DNA of 64,000 bases, from the NCBI RefSeq assembly GCF_009914755.1, contig NC_060946.1, one strand, 5' to 3'. Positions 40,471 to 56,323 of the stretch are shown here, piece after piece (the first letter of the stretch is position 1; each line of letters begins with the position of its first letter). The translations under genes were made by a program, and so were the position numbers. Below the pieces are notes generated by a model. It made no database searches, had not been told where the DNA came from, and worked only from the letters and a program-made list of their open reading frames with translations. The stretch comes from the human T2T-CHM13v2.0 reference genome, Homo sapiens.

Positions 40471-43400
40471 CGTTGAAGGAAGCAGCAGAGGGAGTGGTAA
40501 CAGGGCCCCCTATTCATCGTAGGGACAAAGCCGAGCAGATCCCAGGCAGGTGTCAGCCTGCAGGTGTGTGGCCGCAGTTAGTACACCTCCAGGTGTGCGG
40601 TGGGATGAAGGATAAAGGGAGAAGGGAGGGCAGCGCTGTGCTGCGGGAAATGGGGTCTAAGCCTGGAGATGTCCCCCGCGGGCACCTGCCGGCAGCAGTT
40701 TTGGGAGGCTTGGAGCCAGGAGAACATGAGTATGAAATAGTATGAGTGCAGTGTGTGTGTGACTGAGAGGTGGCTGTCAGAAAGAAGCGGGGAGAGAAAG
40801 GAAAGGGAGAAAATGTGTGCTCAGGAGAGGAGAAGAAAGCCCAGGTAAGAGAGGACAGCAGAGTGAGGAGAGGAGGGACTGTCATGGAGTGTGTGTGACA
40901 GCTTGCATGTGTCCCAAAAGCTGCCCCTTCCCTGGGGCGCTTCCAGGCACCAGTCACAGGGCCTGGGGCCAGAGCCTGGGCCACTCCACTCCACAGCGGA
41001 GGCATCCAGACAGCTCGGGCAGGGAAGGGAGCAGGAGGGTGTGACAGGCAGGAGTCTCAGGACTGGCCTGGTGAGGAGGCAGGCCTGGCCAGGCTGGGAC
41101 CCTCTGTCCAGCCACTCTGGCTCTGCTCAGGGCAGCCTTGTCCTGTGCTGGCTATGGGAGCAGAAAGGGATGGGATGGGTGGGGTAGAGTGAATGGGGGG
41201 CATCTCAGTCTGGAGTCTTGCCTCCTTCCCAGCCCCTCTTGGTTCCTAGGACTTGGGACAGAGTCAGGAATCACTGTGGGTAGACATTGAACCACAGGTC
41301 TGGAAATTGGAGAGATCTGGGTTTGAACCATGTGACCCTGGGTGAATCCTGCCATGCCTCAGAATCTCACCCACTCCATCTCTAATGGGAGTGCAGGTGG
41401 GAGGGGGCAATGGTGCCTACTGCTGTGTCCACTGTTGAGCAATGAGGTGATGCCAGGCTCACTAGAAACACTGTCACCTGTAGCTGCCACTTTGACGCTT
41501 GTGCATGGTCAGTGCTGGAGCTGGGGGCCAGCTTGGGGTGGGGTCTGAGCTGGACTGTGGTCTGTCACTCTGCAAACACGCAGGGAGCATTTGGGGTCAC
41601 CTCTGATGTGTTTATCCCCCGGCTGCCTTCAGCAAGGCTGGGAGAGCTCTGTAAATATTTATCCAGCCCAGTTCCCAGCTTTCAGGGTTGATGGAAGCCC
41701 TGCAGTCCGATGGATGGGACGAAGCTACCGTCCCTCCTGGAGCCAGCAGCAGAGGGGTGAGAATAGGAAGATTAGGTGGAAGCTTGAGGGAGAAGATATC
41801 CCTGCTTGCCACCTGGCTGTGCGAGTTGGGCAGGTTGCTTGACCTCTCTGAGCCTGCATGGTGATGCTCCCGTCTTCCTCCATAGCCTAACAAGTGCCCT
41901 CCTCGAAGTCTTGCCTCCCACCGACATCAGAAGGCATAGCTATGATTAATTATACCCACTAGACCAACTGCAAACTGAGGCCCAGAAAGGGGCACAATGA
42001 GCCCAGCCTTTCGCAGTGTTTCCTGGCACCCTGGGGTCCTCCCTTATCTCCCCTCTATCTGGTGCCTCCCATTTTCTGGATTGCAAGTTGACCCCAGGGC
42101 GGGGTTGACTCCGAGTCTCTAAGCTCTGCCAGGACACTGGGTCAGCTGAGAAATTCCTTGAATGTGTCTGCAGCTGAGGTTTGGTGTCTGGCAGAAGAGG
42201 GTGGGGCTGAGTGAGCTAAGAACCCACCACAGGGCAGGCCAAGGGAGGCTACTGGCCAAGACAGAGGGAATGCACTGGAAGCAGAAATGCTTCTTGGGAA
42301 AGTGGGTTTTGGAGAAAAGCCAAGAGCTGGGGAGACAGGGGGAAGCCCTGGAGGTGGGAGGCATGAGCCCCAGGTCTAGGTCCAGCTCTTGCATGACTTG
42401 CTGTGTGACCCCGGGCAAAGTCCTTGAGCTCTCTGGGCTCTGTCTCATCCTCTGGGAAATGGGGGAGCTGCTTCTTCCTCAAGCTCCCCAGGGGTGTAGA
42501 TGAGGCCAGTGGTGGCCTGTGTCTACCACTTCACCTCACTGAATCCTGAGAGTCCTGGGAAGGCCAAGCCCACCTGTCTCACAAGTAGCAAGCTGCTTCA
42601 TGCCGTGCCTTGTAGTTAGGGCATCTGGCCCCAGGCCAGAAAGGACTTGGAAAGATGAAGTGTGGGAGGACAGTGAGGCAGAATGTGTGTCCTATCCCAG
42701 CCATGGGGAAACTGAGGCCAAGAGCTCATGGGCTCTAAAAAAATAATGGGCTCTAAAAACAACCTCACTAGCTAGAGGCCTCATTTCTAGCATCTCCTGC
42801 TCACTCAGTTTCTAAGAATTTAATGAACAAGACAGGGACAGGGAGAAGAGACCTTGATATGTGGGAGACCCTGCACAAGGCGCTTCTCTTTTCTAGGCCT
42901 GAAAGCTCCCTTCTAGCTGCGACTTCTGTTTTACCATTTAAAGCCTGAAGATTTTGTTGGGTAGCTAGAGGGGCGGTGGGTGATGGGAACTGTAGGGACT
43001 GGCAAGGGCAGATTCCCAAGCGTGGGAGGGGAGGGCCTACAGGGACAAGGAACAGGGCCAGGTAAGAGGTGCTTTTCTGTGCCAGAGGCTACAGCAGGCA
43101 TTACAGAAGGATGTCATGTAGCCCTTTGCTGTGGCATCATTCCCATTTGACAGATAGGAAAGTTGAGGCTAAGAGAGGAAGGTGACTTGTCTAGAGTCTC
43201 CATGTCATAGAACTAGGCCTTCTGAACCTCAGTGGCTGGCTCTTTTTGTGACACTAAGACTGTCATGATCCAGGGGTTTGGGCATGGACTGGGTGCCTCA
43301 TGAGGGAAGGACAGGAAGGGACAGTGGAAGGGGTGGGGGCATGCCCGTGGCTCTCCCTCCATGACTGTCTGCACCAGGACTCACTAGAGGGCAGAGGAGA

Positions 43401-43868
43401 GAAGAGATTTCTGACCATGGGCATAGGCAGGGCTGGCAGGCTGGGCTCTGGGTTGTTTGGAGCTCCCAGGGGAGAGCACAGCTCTGCCCTTTCCAGGGAG
43501 GGTCTTCATACCCCTGCCAGGCTGGGGAAAGGAATCTGTTTCTCCTGTAAGTCAAGGGGGCAGTGTGGCGAGGAGGAGGAGGCAGGCCCCTCTGGCAGCC
43601 CACATCCTCCATGGGAGAACTTGGATATGTAGCATCTCCACCTGCCTGGTGGATATTGGAAGCCCAACGAACCTGCCTGCAAAATGCCCGGGAAATAGCA
43701 GGCGCTGAATAATTTGCACCTCACCAAGGTGAGGCCAGCCTGGGTCCCTCCTTCAGGGGAAGGGTAACTCAACCCCTGCAGAGCAGAGCAGAGGTAGCAG
43801 GGAGCTGGGTGGGCTGTGAGCACAGACAGTCCGCTGCCTGCCAGCTGTTGTCTGATCAAGCTGCTTAA

Positions 43869-44205
<337 letters not shown>

Positions 44206-46380
44206 TAGCCAGGATGGTCTCGATCTCCTGACCTCATGATCCGCCTGCCTCGGCCTCCCAAAGTGCTGGGATTACAGGCGTGAGCCACCAGGCCCGGCCA
44301 ACCAGTGCTAAGTACTTATTAACAATAAGCCCAGGCCGGGCGCGGTGGCTCACGCCTGTAATCCCAGTACTTTGGGAGGCCGAGGCAGGTGGATCATGAG
44401 GTCAGGAGTTCAAGACCAGCCTGGCCAAGATGGATAAACCTCATCTCTACTAAAAATACAAAAATTAGCCAGGCGTGAGGCTGGGTGCGGTGGCGCATGC
44501 TTGTAATCCCAGCACTTTGGGAGGCCGAGGCAGGCGGATCACAAGGTCAGGAGATCGAGACCATCCTGGTAACATGGTGAAATCCCGTTTCTACTAAAAA
44601 TACAAAAAAATTAGCCGGGCATGGCAGCAAGTGCCTGCAGTCCCAGCTACTCAGGAGGCTGAGTCAGGAGCATGGCATGAACCCGGAAGGCGGTGGTTGT
44701 AGTGAGCCCAGATCACACCACTGCACTCCAGCCTGGGCGATAGAGCGAGACTCTCTCTCAAAAAAAAAAAAAAAAAAAATTAACCAGGCGTGGTGGCAGG
44801 CACCTGTAACCCCAGCTACTCGGGAGGCTGAGGCAGAGAATTGCTTGAACCCGGGAGGTGGAGGTTGTAGTGAGCCGAGATCGCGCCACTGCACTCCAGC
44901 CTGGGCAACAGAGTGAGACTCCATCTCAAAAAAACAAAACAAAAAACCAATAAGCCCAGAATCGGCCAGAACCCACAACCCAGTGAGACTGCGCTGTGCC
45001 AGGTAACCATGCAATAAGCAAGCTCGGAAATGGGGGGAAGCTGCTTCAGGGCCTCACGCCCTAAGTAGTTCCATAGCCTCCGTGTTCAGAAGGCCCCCCT
45101 TCATGGTGGGGTGTTCTTGATGCCTCAGCTCTGGGATCAGGAGCAGGGAGCGTTGGGACGCTGATCAGATCCCTGGGGTGTATGGAGCCTGGGAGAGCTG
45201 CCAAAGGCTGAGGGTGAGGTGGGGCCTGAGTGGCTGAGCTCCTACCCCAAATATGGCTGTGAGGAGGCTGCAGTTGCCCAGACCAGACAGGTGCTGAGTC
45301 TCTCAGCAAGCAGCACAGCTCCATCCCTCTCCTTCAGTGCAGGAAGGACACTTGGCTTCTGTGCGGTGTCCAGAGCCAGGCCTTAGCCTTAGGCCTGAGC
45401 CACCAGAGTCCTGGCCTGGCCTTGCCATGCCCTTGCTGGGTGACTTTGCAGGGTCTCCAACCTCTCTGAGCTTCTGCTTTTCTCATGCACAAGAACTGTA
45501 ACTTCTGCCCTGGAGACTTATAGACAGGTAGCAGGATGTAGCTTAGGTCTGAATCGCCATCTGTGGTCCTGGGGCTTTGGCGAGTGGGGCTGGGCACCTG
45601 GTAATTAACTGTCCCCACCCTCCCCGCTTGAAGAAGGCAGGCAGATCACAGATCAGCTCCCACTGTACTCCTAGCCCTGGTGGGGTGTGACCAAAACCAC
45701 CTCTGCTAGAAGCCAGGCCTCAGTGGCCAGGTGCCTTCCCGGGTGCTGGGCCTGTGCTAGGTGCTGTACATACCTCACCTTGTCCAGTCCACAAGTCAGT
45801 GTCACCCCCAGCAGTCAGGTTACACTGACTGAGGCCACACTGCAGGGCTACAGCCGCTCCACACTGGGGAGGAGGTGGGGGAAATCCTGGGCAGGAGAGA
45901 GGGCAGATCCTGCTCACATGACAGGGACAGGAGCATGACCCAGGTGTGTCTGAACTTAGCGGACACAGGAAGAAAGGGAGTTGGAAGCAAGTTTCTGTGG
46001 GGAGCAGGAGGAGGTTGCCTGGTGTTCCTTCGGAGGAAGCTTTTTGGGGTCCATTCCTGGAGTGTATGGCTCATAGCCAGTCCCAGTGTGCCCCCACCCC
46101 CAGACCTCATTGGCCTAAGTAGCTGGAGTAGGTGACAGGCAGCCCAGGGCCCTCCACGATGTGGGGGACAGCTTGATGCCTTGGAACAAGGTGCCAAGAA
46201 ACCAGAGAGCCAGCCAGATGCCAAAGGGCCCTGCCATGTGCCGGTGCCCTTTCCCTCTCCATTTGCCCAGCCACACAGTGGGCTGGGGTTGCACGTGTGT
46301 TTGCTGACAGGCCACATCTCTAACTGTGGGCCATGTGGACCTTAGGCCTGACCAGACCCTCATGTCATCCTCCTGCCTAG

Positions 46381-46610
46381 GACGTCCACCACCTCCATGC
46401 CGAGAGGAGGGGGCCACAGCCCTGGCATGCAGCCCTGCCCAGTAGCCCGGCACCTGCCCCTGCCACGCAGGAAGCCCCCCGGCCTGCCAGCAGCCTCAGG
46501 CCTCCCCGCTGTGGCGTGCCCGACCCATCTGATGGGCTGAGTGCCCGCAACCGACAGAAGAGGTTCGTGCTTTCTGGCGGGCGCTGGGAGAAGACGGACC
46601 TCACCTACAG
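46381..46610 (+). CDS. MMP11: MMP11 exon 2 (propeptide, cysteine switch PRCGVPD, furin site RQKR)
   Basis: CCTAG| acceptor, AG|GTAGGG donor, motifs visible in translation. Confidence 0.97.
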
Positions 46611-46995
46611 GTAGGGGCCTGGGAGCAGGACACTAGGATGCCACCTGTGTGTCCGTGGGTAAGCCAGCTGCCCTCACAGCTGCTGCTTGAGACACAGGCC
46701 AGGGTAGATCTTCGTGTCTAACAGACCTGTGTGTCCACTGAACCCCAGGGAGGTCATCTATGGGCAAACCCCCTGAAACCCCAACTTAGACACATACACA
46801 TATGGAGACCCTCCCTCAGCAGAGGGGCAGAGCCTCCGTCATCATGCAAAGAGTCGCAGCACATGCCTGCGGACGGGTGTTCAGTCACTCAGGCAGCCTT
46901 TACAAGAGACCTGTGAGGACCAGGCTCTGGGACTCCACGGTGAATGAGGCAGACACAGCCCCATCCTCTGTGTCAGTCTGAGGTGGGTGTCAGCC

Positions 46996-47051
46996 ATGTC
47001 ATTGTCCAACTCTACCATCACAACTTGGGCTTCGAGCAGGTGGAGACAGTG
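46996..47051 (+). CDS. MMP11: Candidate alternative first coding exon of MMP11 in intron 2 (MSLSNSTITTWASSRWRQW), likely the beta-ST3 isoform
   Basis: GCCATG start, open 56 nt, phase-2 donor TG|GTAAGC in frame with exon 3. Confidence 0.55.
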
Positions 47052-47552
47052 GTAAGCGGGGAGAGGCAATAGTGGGCATCTCACTGGGTGACCTGGGAGG
47101 ACCCTGGGCAGGTGATGGGGAAGCTGAGGCTCACACATCCTGCGGGTGGGGACCCAGCCTGAAGAATGGGCTGGTGTCACACAGCATTGGAGCTGAGACT
47201 GGGGTCTTTAGAATTTCCTAGGTGGGGGCCTGGGAACCAACAGGGGCTCAAGGAACCAAGGTGTCCCCACAGTGAGTGGCACTGTCAGGTCTAGGATGGG
47301 GGTCTCGGGACCCCTGGTCCTGGTTCTTTCCACTGAATTCAGACACTTGTATTTGCCTAAGTATGAGCAAACCACATACACATGTGCCCATGTGGCCAGG
47401 GAGACCAGTGCGCTGAAGCTGAGGCCCAGAGTACACCTGGCCTGTGTCCTGAGTGTTCACACACCCACCAAGCATCCAGGGGCAACTCCTGGTGCCTCAG
47501 CCATCAGGGGCTGTCCCTTCCCTGAGGCCCAGGCCCCTCCATCTCCCTCCAG

Positions 47553-48031
<479 letters not shown>

Positions 48032-48052
48032 TGAGCCACCTCCCTTTTTCAG

Positions 48053-48294
48053 GCACAGACCTGCTGCAGGTGGCAGCCCATGAATTTGGCCACGTGCTGG
48101 GGCTGCAGCACACAACAGCAGCCAAGGCCCTGATGTCCGCCTTCTACACCTTTCGCTACCCACTGAGTCTCAGCCCAGATGACTGCAGGGGCGTTCAACA
48201 CCTATATGGCCAGCCCTGGCCCACTGTCACCTCCAGGACCCCAGCCCTGGGCCCCCAGGCTGGGATAGACACCAATGAGATTGCACCGCTGGAG
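48053..48294 (+). CDS. MMP11: MMP11 exon 5 (zinc-binding HEFGHVLGLQH, Met-turn, hinge)
   Basis: HExxHxxGxxH metzincin motif and ALMSA Met-turn. Confidence 0.98.
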
Positions 48295-48386
48295 GTGAGG
48301 CCCTGCCTGCCAGTCCCCCTACTCCTCTGCTGGCCACTGTGACTGCAGCATATGCCCTCAGCATGTGTCCCTCTCTCCCACCCCAG

Positions 48387-48603
48387 CCAGACGCCCCGCC
48401 AGATGCCTGTGAGGCCTCCTTTGACGCGGTCTCCACCATCCGAGGCGAGCTCTTTTTCTTCAAAGCGGGCTTTGTGTGGCGCCTCCGTGGGGGCCAGCTG
48501 CAGCCCGGCTACCCAGCATTGGCCTCTCGCCACTGGCAGGGACTGCCCAGCCCTGTGGACGCTGCCTTCGAGGATGCCCAGGGCCACATTTGGTTCTTCC
48601 AAG
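48387..48603 (+). CDS. MMP11: MMP11 exon 6 (hemopexin repeats)
   Basis: CEASFDAVSTIRGELFFFK...VDAAFED with canonical splice sites. Confidence 0.97.
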
Positions 48604-49419
48604 GTGAGTGGGGGTTGGGGATCTGCTCGAGAGACTTCCCAGAGCCAGGAATGTTATGGCCAAGGGCAGGAACAGACAGATGGATCCTTAGGGACACAGT
48701 GGATAGGGAGAGCTGCCCCAAAGCCTGGGGGCCGAGGGAGAGAGAGTGTGGTTTGTTCCTCAGGCACAGGTAGGAGGTTCTCGGAGGTGGCTCTTGAGAT
48801 AGGAGCAGCGTGGAAGGGATTGCACGGTGGGGCCTCGTGTTGGTGCGTTCAACCCTCAGCCACCCCATGGGGCGGGGTTCTAGAGATGAGGCCTCTGGGG
48901 CCCCGAGGCAGTGAAGTGACTCACTGTGAGTGCAGCTGGGAAGAGGCAGGGCAGGGAATTGATCCAGGTCTATCATCCTAGAGCTGGGATTTCCATCCTC
49001 AACTGGCAGAGATGAGAGCCTGGAGCATTGCAGATGCCAGGGACTTCACAAATGAAGGCACAGCATGGGAAACCTGCGTGGGTTCCAGGGCAGTCCAGCC
49101 TGCAGGGGCCCAGGGAGTGGTCAGTAGGCATTTGTCACAGCCAAATGCCAGTGGAAGGAGCAGCCGCCCAGGCAGCCCTCTACTGATGAGAGTAACCTCA
49201 CCCGTGCACTAGTTTACAGAGCATTCACTGCCCCAGCTTATCCCAGGCCTCCCGCTTCCCTCTGCGGGTGGGGTGCTGAGCAGGCATTATTGGCCTGCAT
49301 GTTTTACTGATGAGGAAACTGAGGCTGGGAGAGTCTGTGGTAGGGGTCAAGCAGGTCCACAGTGGCGGGGCATGGCAGTGGTGGCTGGGCAGGTCCTTGC
49401 AGCCTTCCCTCTCCGGCAG

Positions 49420-49677
49420 GTGCTCAGTACTGGGTGTACGACGGTGAAAAGCCAGTCCTGGGCCCCGCACCCCTCACCGAGCTGGGCCTGGTGAGGTTCC
49501 CGGTCCATGCTGCCTTGGTCTGGGGTCCCGAGAAGAACAAGATCTACTTCTTCCGAGGCAGGGACTACTGGCGTTTCCACCCCAGCACCCGGCGTGTAGA
49601 CAGTCCCGTGCCCCGCAGGGCCACTGACTGGAGAGGGGTGCCCTCTGAGATCGACGCTGCCTTCCAGGATGCTGATG
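49420..49677 (+). CDS. MMP11: MMP11 exon 7 (hemopexin repeats)
   Basis: AQYWVYDG...KIYFFRGRDYWRF...IDAAFQDAD with canonical splice sites. Confidence 0.97.
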
Positions 49678-50604
49678 GTGCGTTGGGGGTGAGGCAGCTG
49701 GTGGGAGGTGGGCACAGCAGCCGCTTCTCCCACCTGGTGGTGGCTGGGCTCCCACATGCCTGCCACAGGAAGTCTGGCTCTTCATCACAGGTCCTTTGTC
49801 CAGAGCCATCTGCCCTCCTCTCGGTGGCCGGCTAGTGCTACATTCCATGTTGCAGATGAGGAAACTGAGGGTCAGAGAAGTGCAAGGTCTTACCCTGGTT
49901 TTTCAGCCACAGCCAGTAGAACAATAAACTGCTGTACACTGAGGGCCAACAATGCTCTAAGCTCCTTACTGGTCTCATCCAGTTCTCAGAACAGCCCTCT
50001 GATGTGACACCTGTTGTGAACCCAGTTTCCAGAGGAGCAAACAGAGGCTCAGGCAATGAGGCCCCTAACCTGGACTACCCTGGTGGTCCCTGCTCCTAAC
50101 CACTGACCCACCCAGCCTCCCACAACCACAGGGGGCTAGAGCCAGTCCAGTGCTCCCTCCCCTGCTAGGCTCCTCTTCTGTGCTCTTTCTCCCACATCAG
50201 GACCCACTGGGAGAGCTATCCTAGGGTAGCCTCCAGCTCCAGGACTCCAGGGTGCCCGTCAATAGCCTGGCTAATTTAATAGATGCAGGAGAGAGTGATG
50301 TGGAGGGTGGTGGGGGCAACGGGACTTGCTTTCCTGAGAGGTGGGACTCAGGCCTCTGAGGCTCTGGGTACCTGTCAGGCTGGGTATTAGCCCAGCCCAG
50401 ATTCCGGGGCAGGCAGAAGGGCTCCCTAGAGGGAAGAGAGGTTCTGAAAGGCCGGCCCTGGATCCTGCAGGACTCGAGGAACTCAGCAGTGGCCAAGGGC
50501 TTCCCACTCAGCCCTCCCTTAGTGCCCATCCCTGGGCACAGCCTGACAGGCAGGAGTAGGGCCCAGTGTCCACTCGCCCAGGCTTGACCACCTTCTCTTC
50601 TCAG

Positions 50605-50738
50605 GCTATGCCTACTTCCTGCGCGGCCGCCTCTACTGGAAGTTTGACCCTGTGAAGGTGAAGGCTCTGGAAGGCTTCCCCCGTCTCGTGGGTCCTGACT
50701 TCTTTGGCTGTGCCGAGCCTGCCAACACTTTCCTCTGA
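50605..50738 (+). CDS. MMP11: MMP11 exon 8 coding part
   Basis: GYAYFLRGRLYWKFD...DFFGCAEPANTFL-TGA. Confidence 0.97.
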
Positions 50739-51488
50739 CCATGGCTTGGATGCCCTCAGGGGTGCTGACCCCTGCCAGGCCACGAATATCAGGCTAGAGA
50801 CCCATGGCCATCTTTGTGGCTGTGGGCACCAGGCATGGGACTGAGCCCATGTCTCCTCAGGGGGATGGGGTGGGGTACAACCACCATGACAACTGCCGGG
50901 AGGGCCACGCAGGTCGTGGTCACCTGCCAGCGACTGTCTCAGACTGGGCAGGGAGGCTTTGGCATGACTTAAGAGGAAGGGCAGTCTTGGGCCCGCTATG
51001 CAGGTCCTGGCAAACCTGGCTGCCCTGTCTCCATCCCTGTCCCTCAGGGTAGCACCATGGCAGGACTGGGGGAACTGGAGTGTCCTTGCTGTATCCCTGT
51101 TGTGAGGTTCCTTCCAGGGGCTGGCACTGAAGCAAGGGTGCTGGGGCCCCATGGCCTTCAGCCCTGGCTGAGCAACTGGGCTGTAGGGCAGGGCCACTTC
51201 CTGAGGTCAGGTCTTGGTAGGTGCCTGCATCTGTCTGCCTTCTGGCTGACAATCCTGGAAATCTGTTCTCCAGAATCCAGGCCAAAAAGTTCACAGTCAA
51301 ATGGGGAGGGGTATTCTTCATGCAGGAGACCCCAGGCCCTGGAGGCTGCAACATACCTCAATCCTGTCCCAGGCCGGATCCTCCTGAAGCCCTTTTCGCA
51401 GCACTGCTATCCTCCAAAGCCATTGTAAATGTGTGTACAGTGTGTATAAACCTTCTTCTTCTTTTTTTTTTTTAAACTGAGGATTGTC

Positions 51489-51494
51489 ATTAAA
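51489..51494 (+). terminator. MMP11 poly(A) signal ATTAAA
   Basis: Variant hexamer ~750 nt after the stop, preceded by TGTA motifs and a T-run and followed by GT/T-rich sequence. Confidence 0.8.
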
Positions 51495-51772
51495 CACAGT
51501 TGTTTTCTACCTGCCTGCTTGGTCTCCTTTTGTGAATGTTCAGCCAGGATGGGGAGGCCTGGCCACTGTCCAGCCCTATCCTGGGAGCCAGGGTCGAAGT
51601 CCACCACCCCCAAGCCTCTGGCCCTTGGGGCTGGGCACAGTGCTCAGGGCTCCTTCTGCTCCATTTCTACATCACATTTTGCTACAGTGGCTTCTTAACT
51701 GGCTCCCCACTTTCCTACTTGTCCCCTCTGTTCATCCTCCAGAGTGGTGGTTTATCTGCTCATGCCACAGCC

Positions 51773-52760
<988 letters not shown>

Positions 52761-54079
52761 CTTTGGTTTCCCACCACTGTGAGGATACAGAACAAAGCAA
52801 CTTCAGTCACTGCCCTTCCCAACTCTCCAGTGTCTCCTTGCCCTACCTTCCAGCCCCATGTGTGTCTTCGTAATAGCATAGTTGCATTTTTTTTTTTTTT
52901 AAGAGAGGCAGGGTCTCCCTTTGTTGCCCAGGCTGCAGTGCAGTGGTGCAATCAGCTCACTATAACCTTGAACTCCTGGGCTCAAGGGATCTTCCCCTCT
53001 CCACTTCCCAAGTAGCTGGGGCTACAGGTGCACACCGCCATGCCACACCCAGCTTATTTATTTTAGAATTTTTGTAGAGACAGGGTCTTGCTGTCTTGTC
53101 CAGTCTGGTCTCAAACTCCTGGCTTCAAGTGATCCTCCCTGCCTTGGCCTCCTAAAGAGTTGGGATTACAAGGCCGGGCGCAGTGGCTCACACCTGTAAT
53201 CCCAGCACTTTGGGAGGCCGAGGGGGGCGGATCACGAGGTCAGGAGATCGAGACCATCCTGGCTAACATGGTGAAACCCTGTCTCTACTAAAAATACAAA
53301 AAATTAGCTGGGCGTGGTGGCGGGTGCCTGTAGTCCCAGCTACTTGGGAGGCTGAGGCAGGAGACTCCAGCCTCAAAAAAAAAAAAAAAGAGTTAGGATT
53401 ACAGGCATGAGCCGCTGAGCCCAGCCACAGCTGCAATTTCATTAGATTGAACGGTGTGAAATCATCAGTAGTGGGCCACTGTTTTACTCCCTGCATTATT
53501 CAATCATGATTGCTTTCAGACTTTCATTAGTTTCACTAGCTTCGCGCTGTAAGAGCCAAGAGGCAGAGCCACAGGGCTGGGCTGCCTGGTTTCACTCCCC
53601 ACTGCAGGGCTCGGTTAAGCAGAGTGTAGGCTAAGAGAGGAATGGAGAAGGTGGAAGGTGTCTCTCCCTTCCAACGCTCATCTGATGCACCAGCCAAACC
53701 AAATACCACCTGGGCCTTTGAACATTGCCAAGCCTCATCCGCTGTTGTCATTTTGCCCACCTCCACAGCTGCAGGGACAGCCGTAGGCCCGGAACTGGGA
53801 TATCTCTTCCTAGGGGCCTGCCTATCTGCTCAGCTGCACTGCGTTTTAGGGGTGGGGAAGCTAAGGCACGAGATTGGGGTCCCAAAGCATGCCCAGACCA
53901 CCCAGGCTTCCAGATACTAGGTCCTCCTCCTTCAGGCCTCACTTCGTTGCTTTTCCCCTGGGCTCAGTTCCAGTCCTGGCTGTAAGACTGGGAAAGCCAC
54001 TGCTTGAGTCAGGACCTCAGTGGCTATTTTTGTCCGTGAGAAGTCCTCTACACCACGACTTGGGAGGCAGCCTGGGAGA

Positions 54080-54790
<711 letters not shown>

Positions 54791-55582
54791 TTGGGGGACT
54801 GCACTGCTGCCTTTGACCCTTTTTAGATGTCGTAAATTTCACGTGCACCCCTCCCCGTATTGCTACTTGTGGGAACCTCAAATGGCAGGCTGGAAACCCT
54901 GGACTTAGTGAGGGCTCATCCCCATTGTGTTTGTTGCCTCTTAGGTGAGCAGTGGAGGTCTTTTGACCTTTGTTTACCGGTGAAGAAACAGATTGGAGGA
55001 AGATGTTTGCTTTTGGGTGAATAAGGGCCCCATGCCTAAGCTAGATCTTTCAGCAGTTCTGAAGCGATTGACACTTTCCATATCTGTGAACTGATTCTGA
55101 ATTATTACAGGGGAAAGAGCCTAAGGATGTTTAACCCTTAACTAGAGTGGCTGCATTTTGTTGCATCAACTGGATGACTGACTTCAGGAAAACTCTACTG
55201 GCCTTTGAATGGGTGTTTGTTCCAAGTCTATTAGGTTCTTGTTTTTTGTTTTTTATAGAGACAGGGTCTGGCTATGTTGCGCAGGCAGGTCTCCAACTCC
55301 TGGGCTCAAGCAGTCTGCCCGTCTGGGTCTCCCAAAGTGCTAGGATTACAGGCATGAGCCACCACACCCGGCCATATATTAGGTTTTTACAGATTGTCTC
55401 AAACTAGCCTTTTTTGCTCCAAAGGCAGTCCCCAGCTAGTATATGTTACCTTTTTAAAAAAATTATGGATATACAGTTCAGATGTACAAATGTCAAGCAG
55501 TAGAATCTCATGTAAGGAAGTAAGTGCCAATCCTGGAGAATTAAAGCTATCATGAAATGCCAAGAGTTTCTTCTCCTTATAG

Positions 55583-55924
<342 letters not shown>

Positions 55925-56044
55925 TAAACTTGTGGGTTTTATCCTTCACAATTGAGCATAGCATGAATGAATGAAGCCTCAAGATGGTCACACTGAGTCC
56001 CATGGATGAGACTAAGGTCAATAGCATCAGAACTTTAGTGTTAG

Positions 56045-56323
<279 letters not shown>

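Noticed and set aside
39819-40745. 308-aa ORF across the MMP11 promoter and exon 1
   Set aside because: Non-ATG start upstream of the TATA box, out of frame with MMP11, a GC-rich artefact.
42728-42760. Short direct repeat ATGGGCTCTAAAAA x2
   Set aside because: Simple local duplication with no functional context.
47272-47552. Intron-2 ORF running in frame into MMP11 exon 3 (ATG at 47296)
   Set aside because: Would need intron retention or an internal TSS with no support. The spliced 46996-47051 exon is the better candidate.
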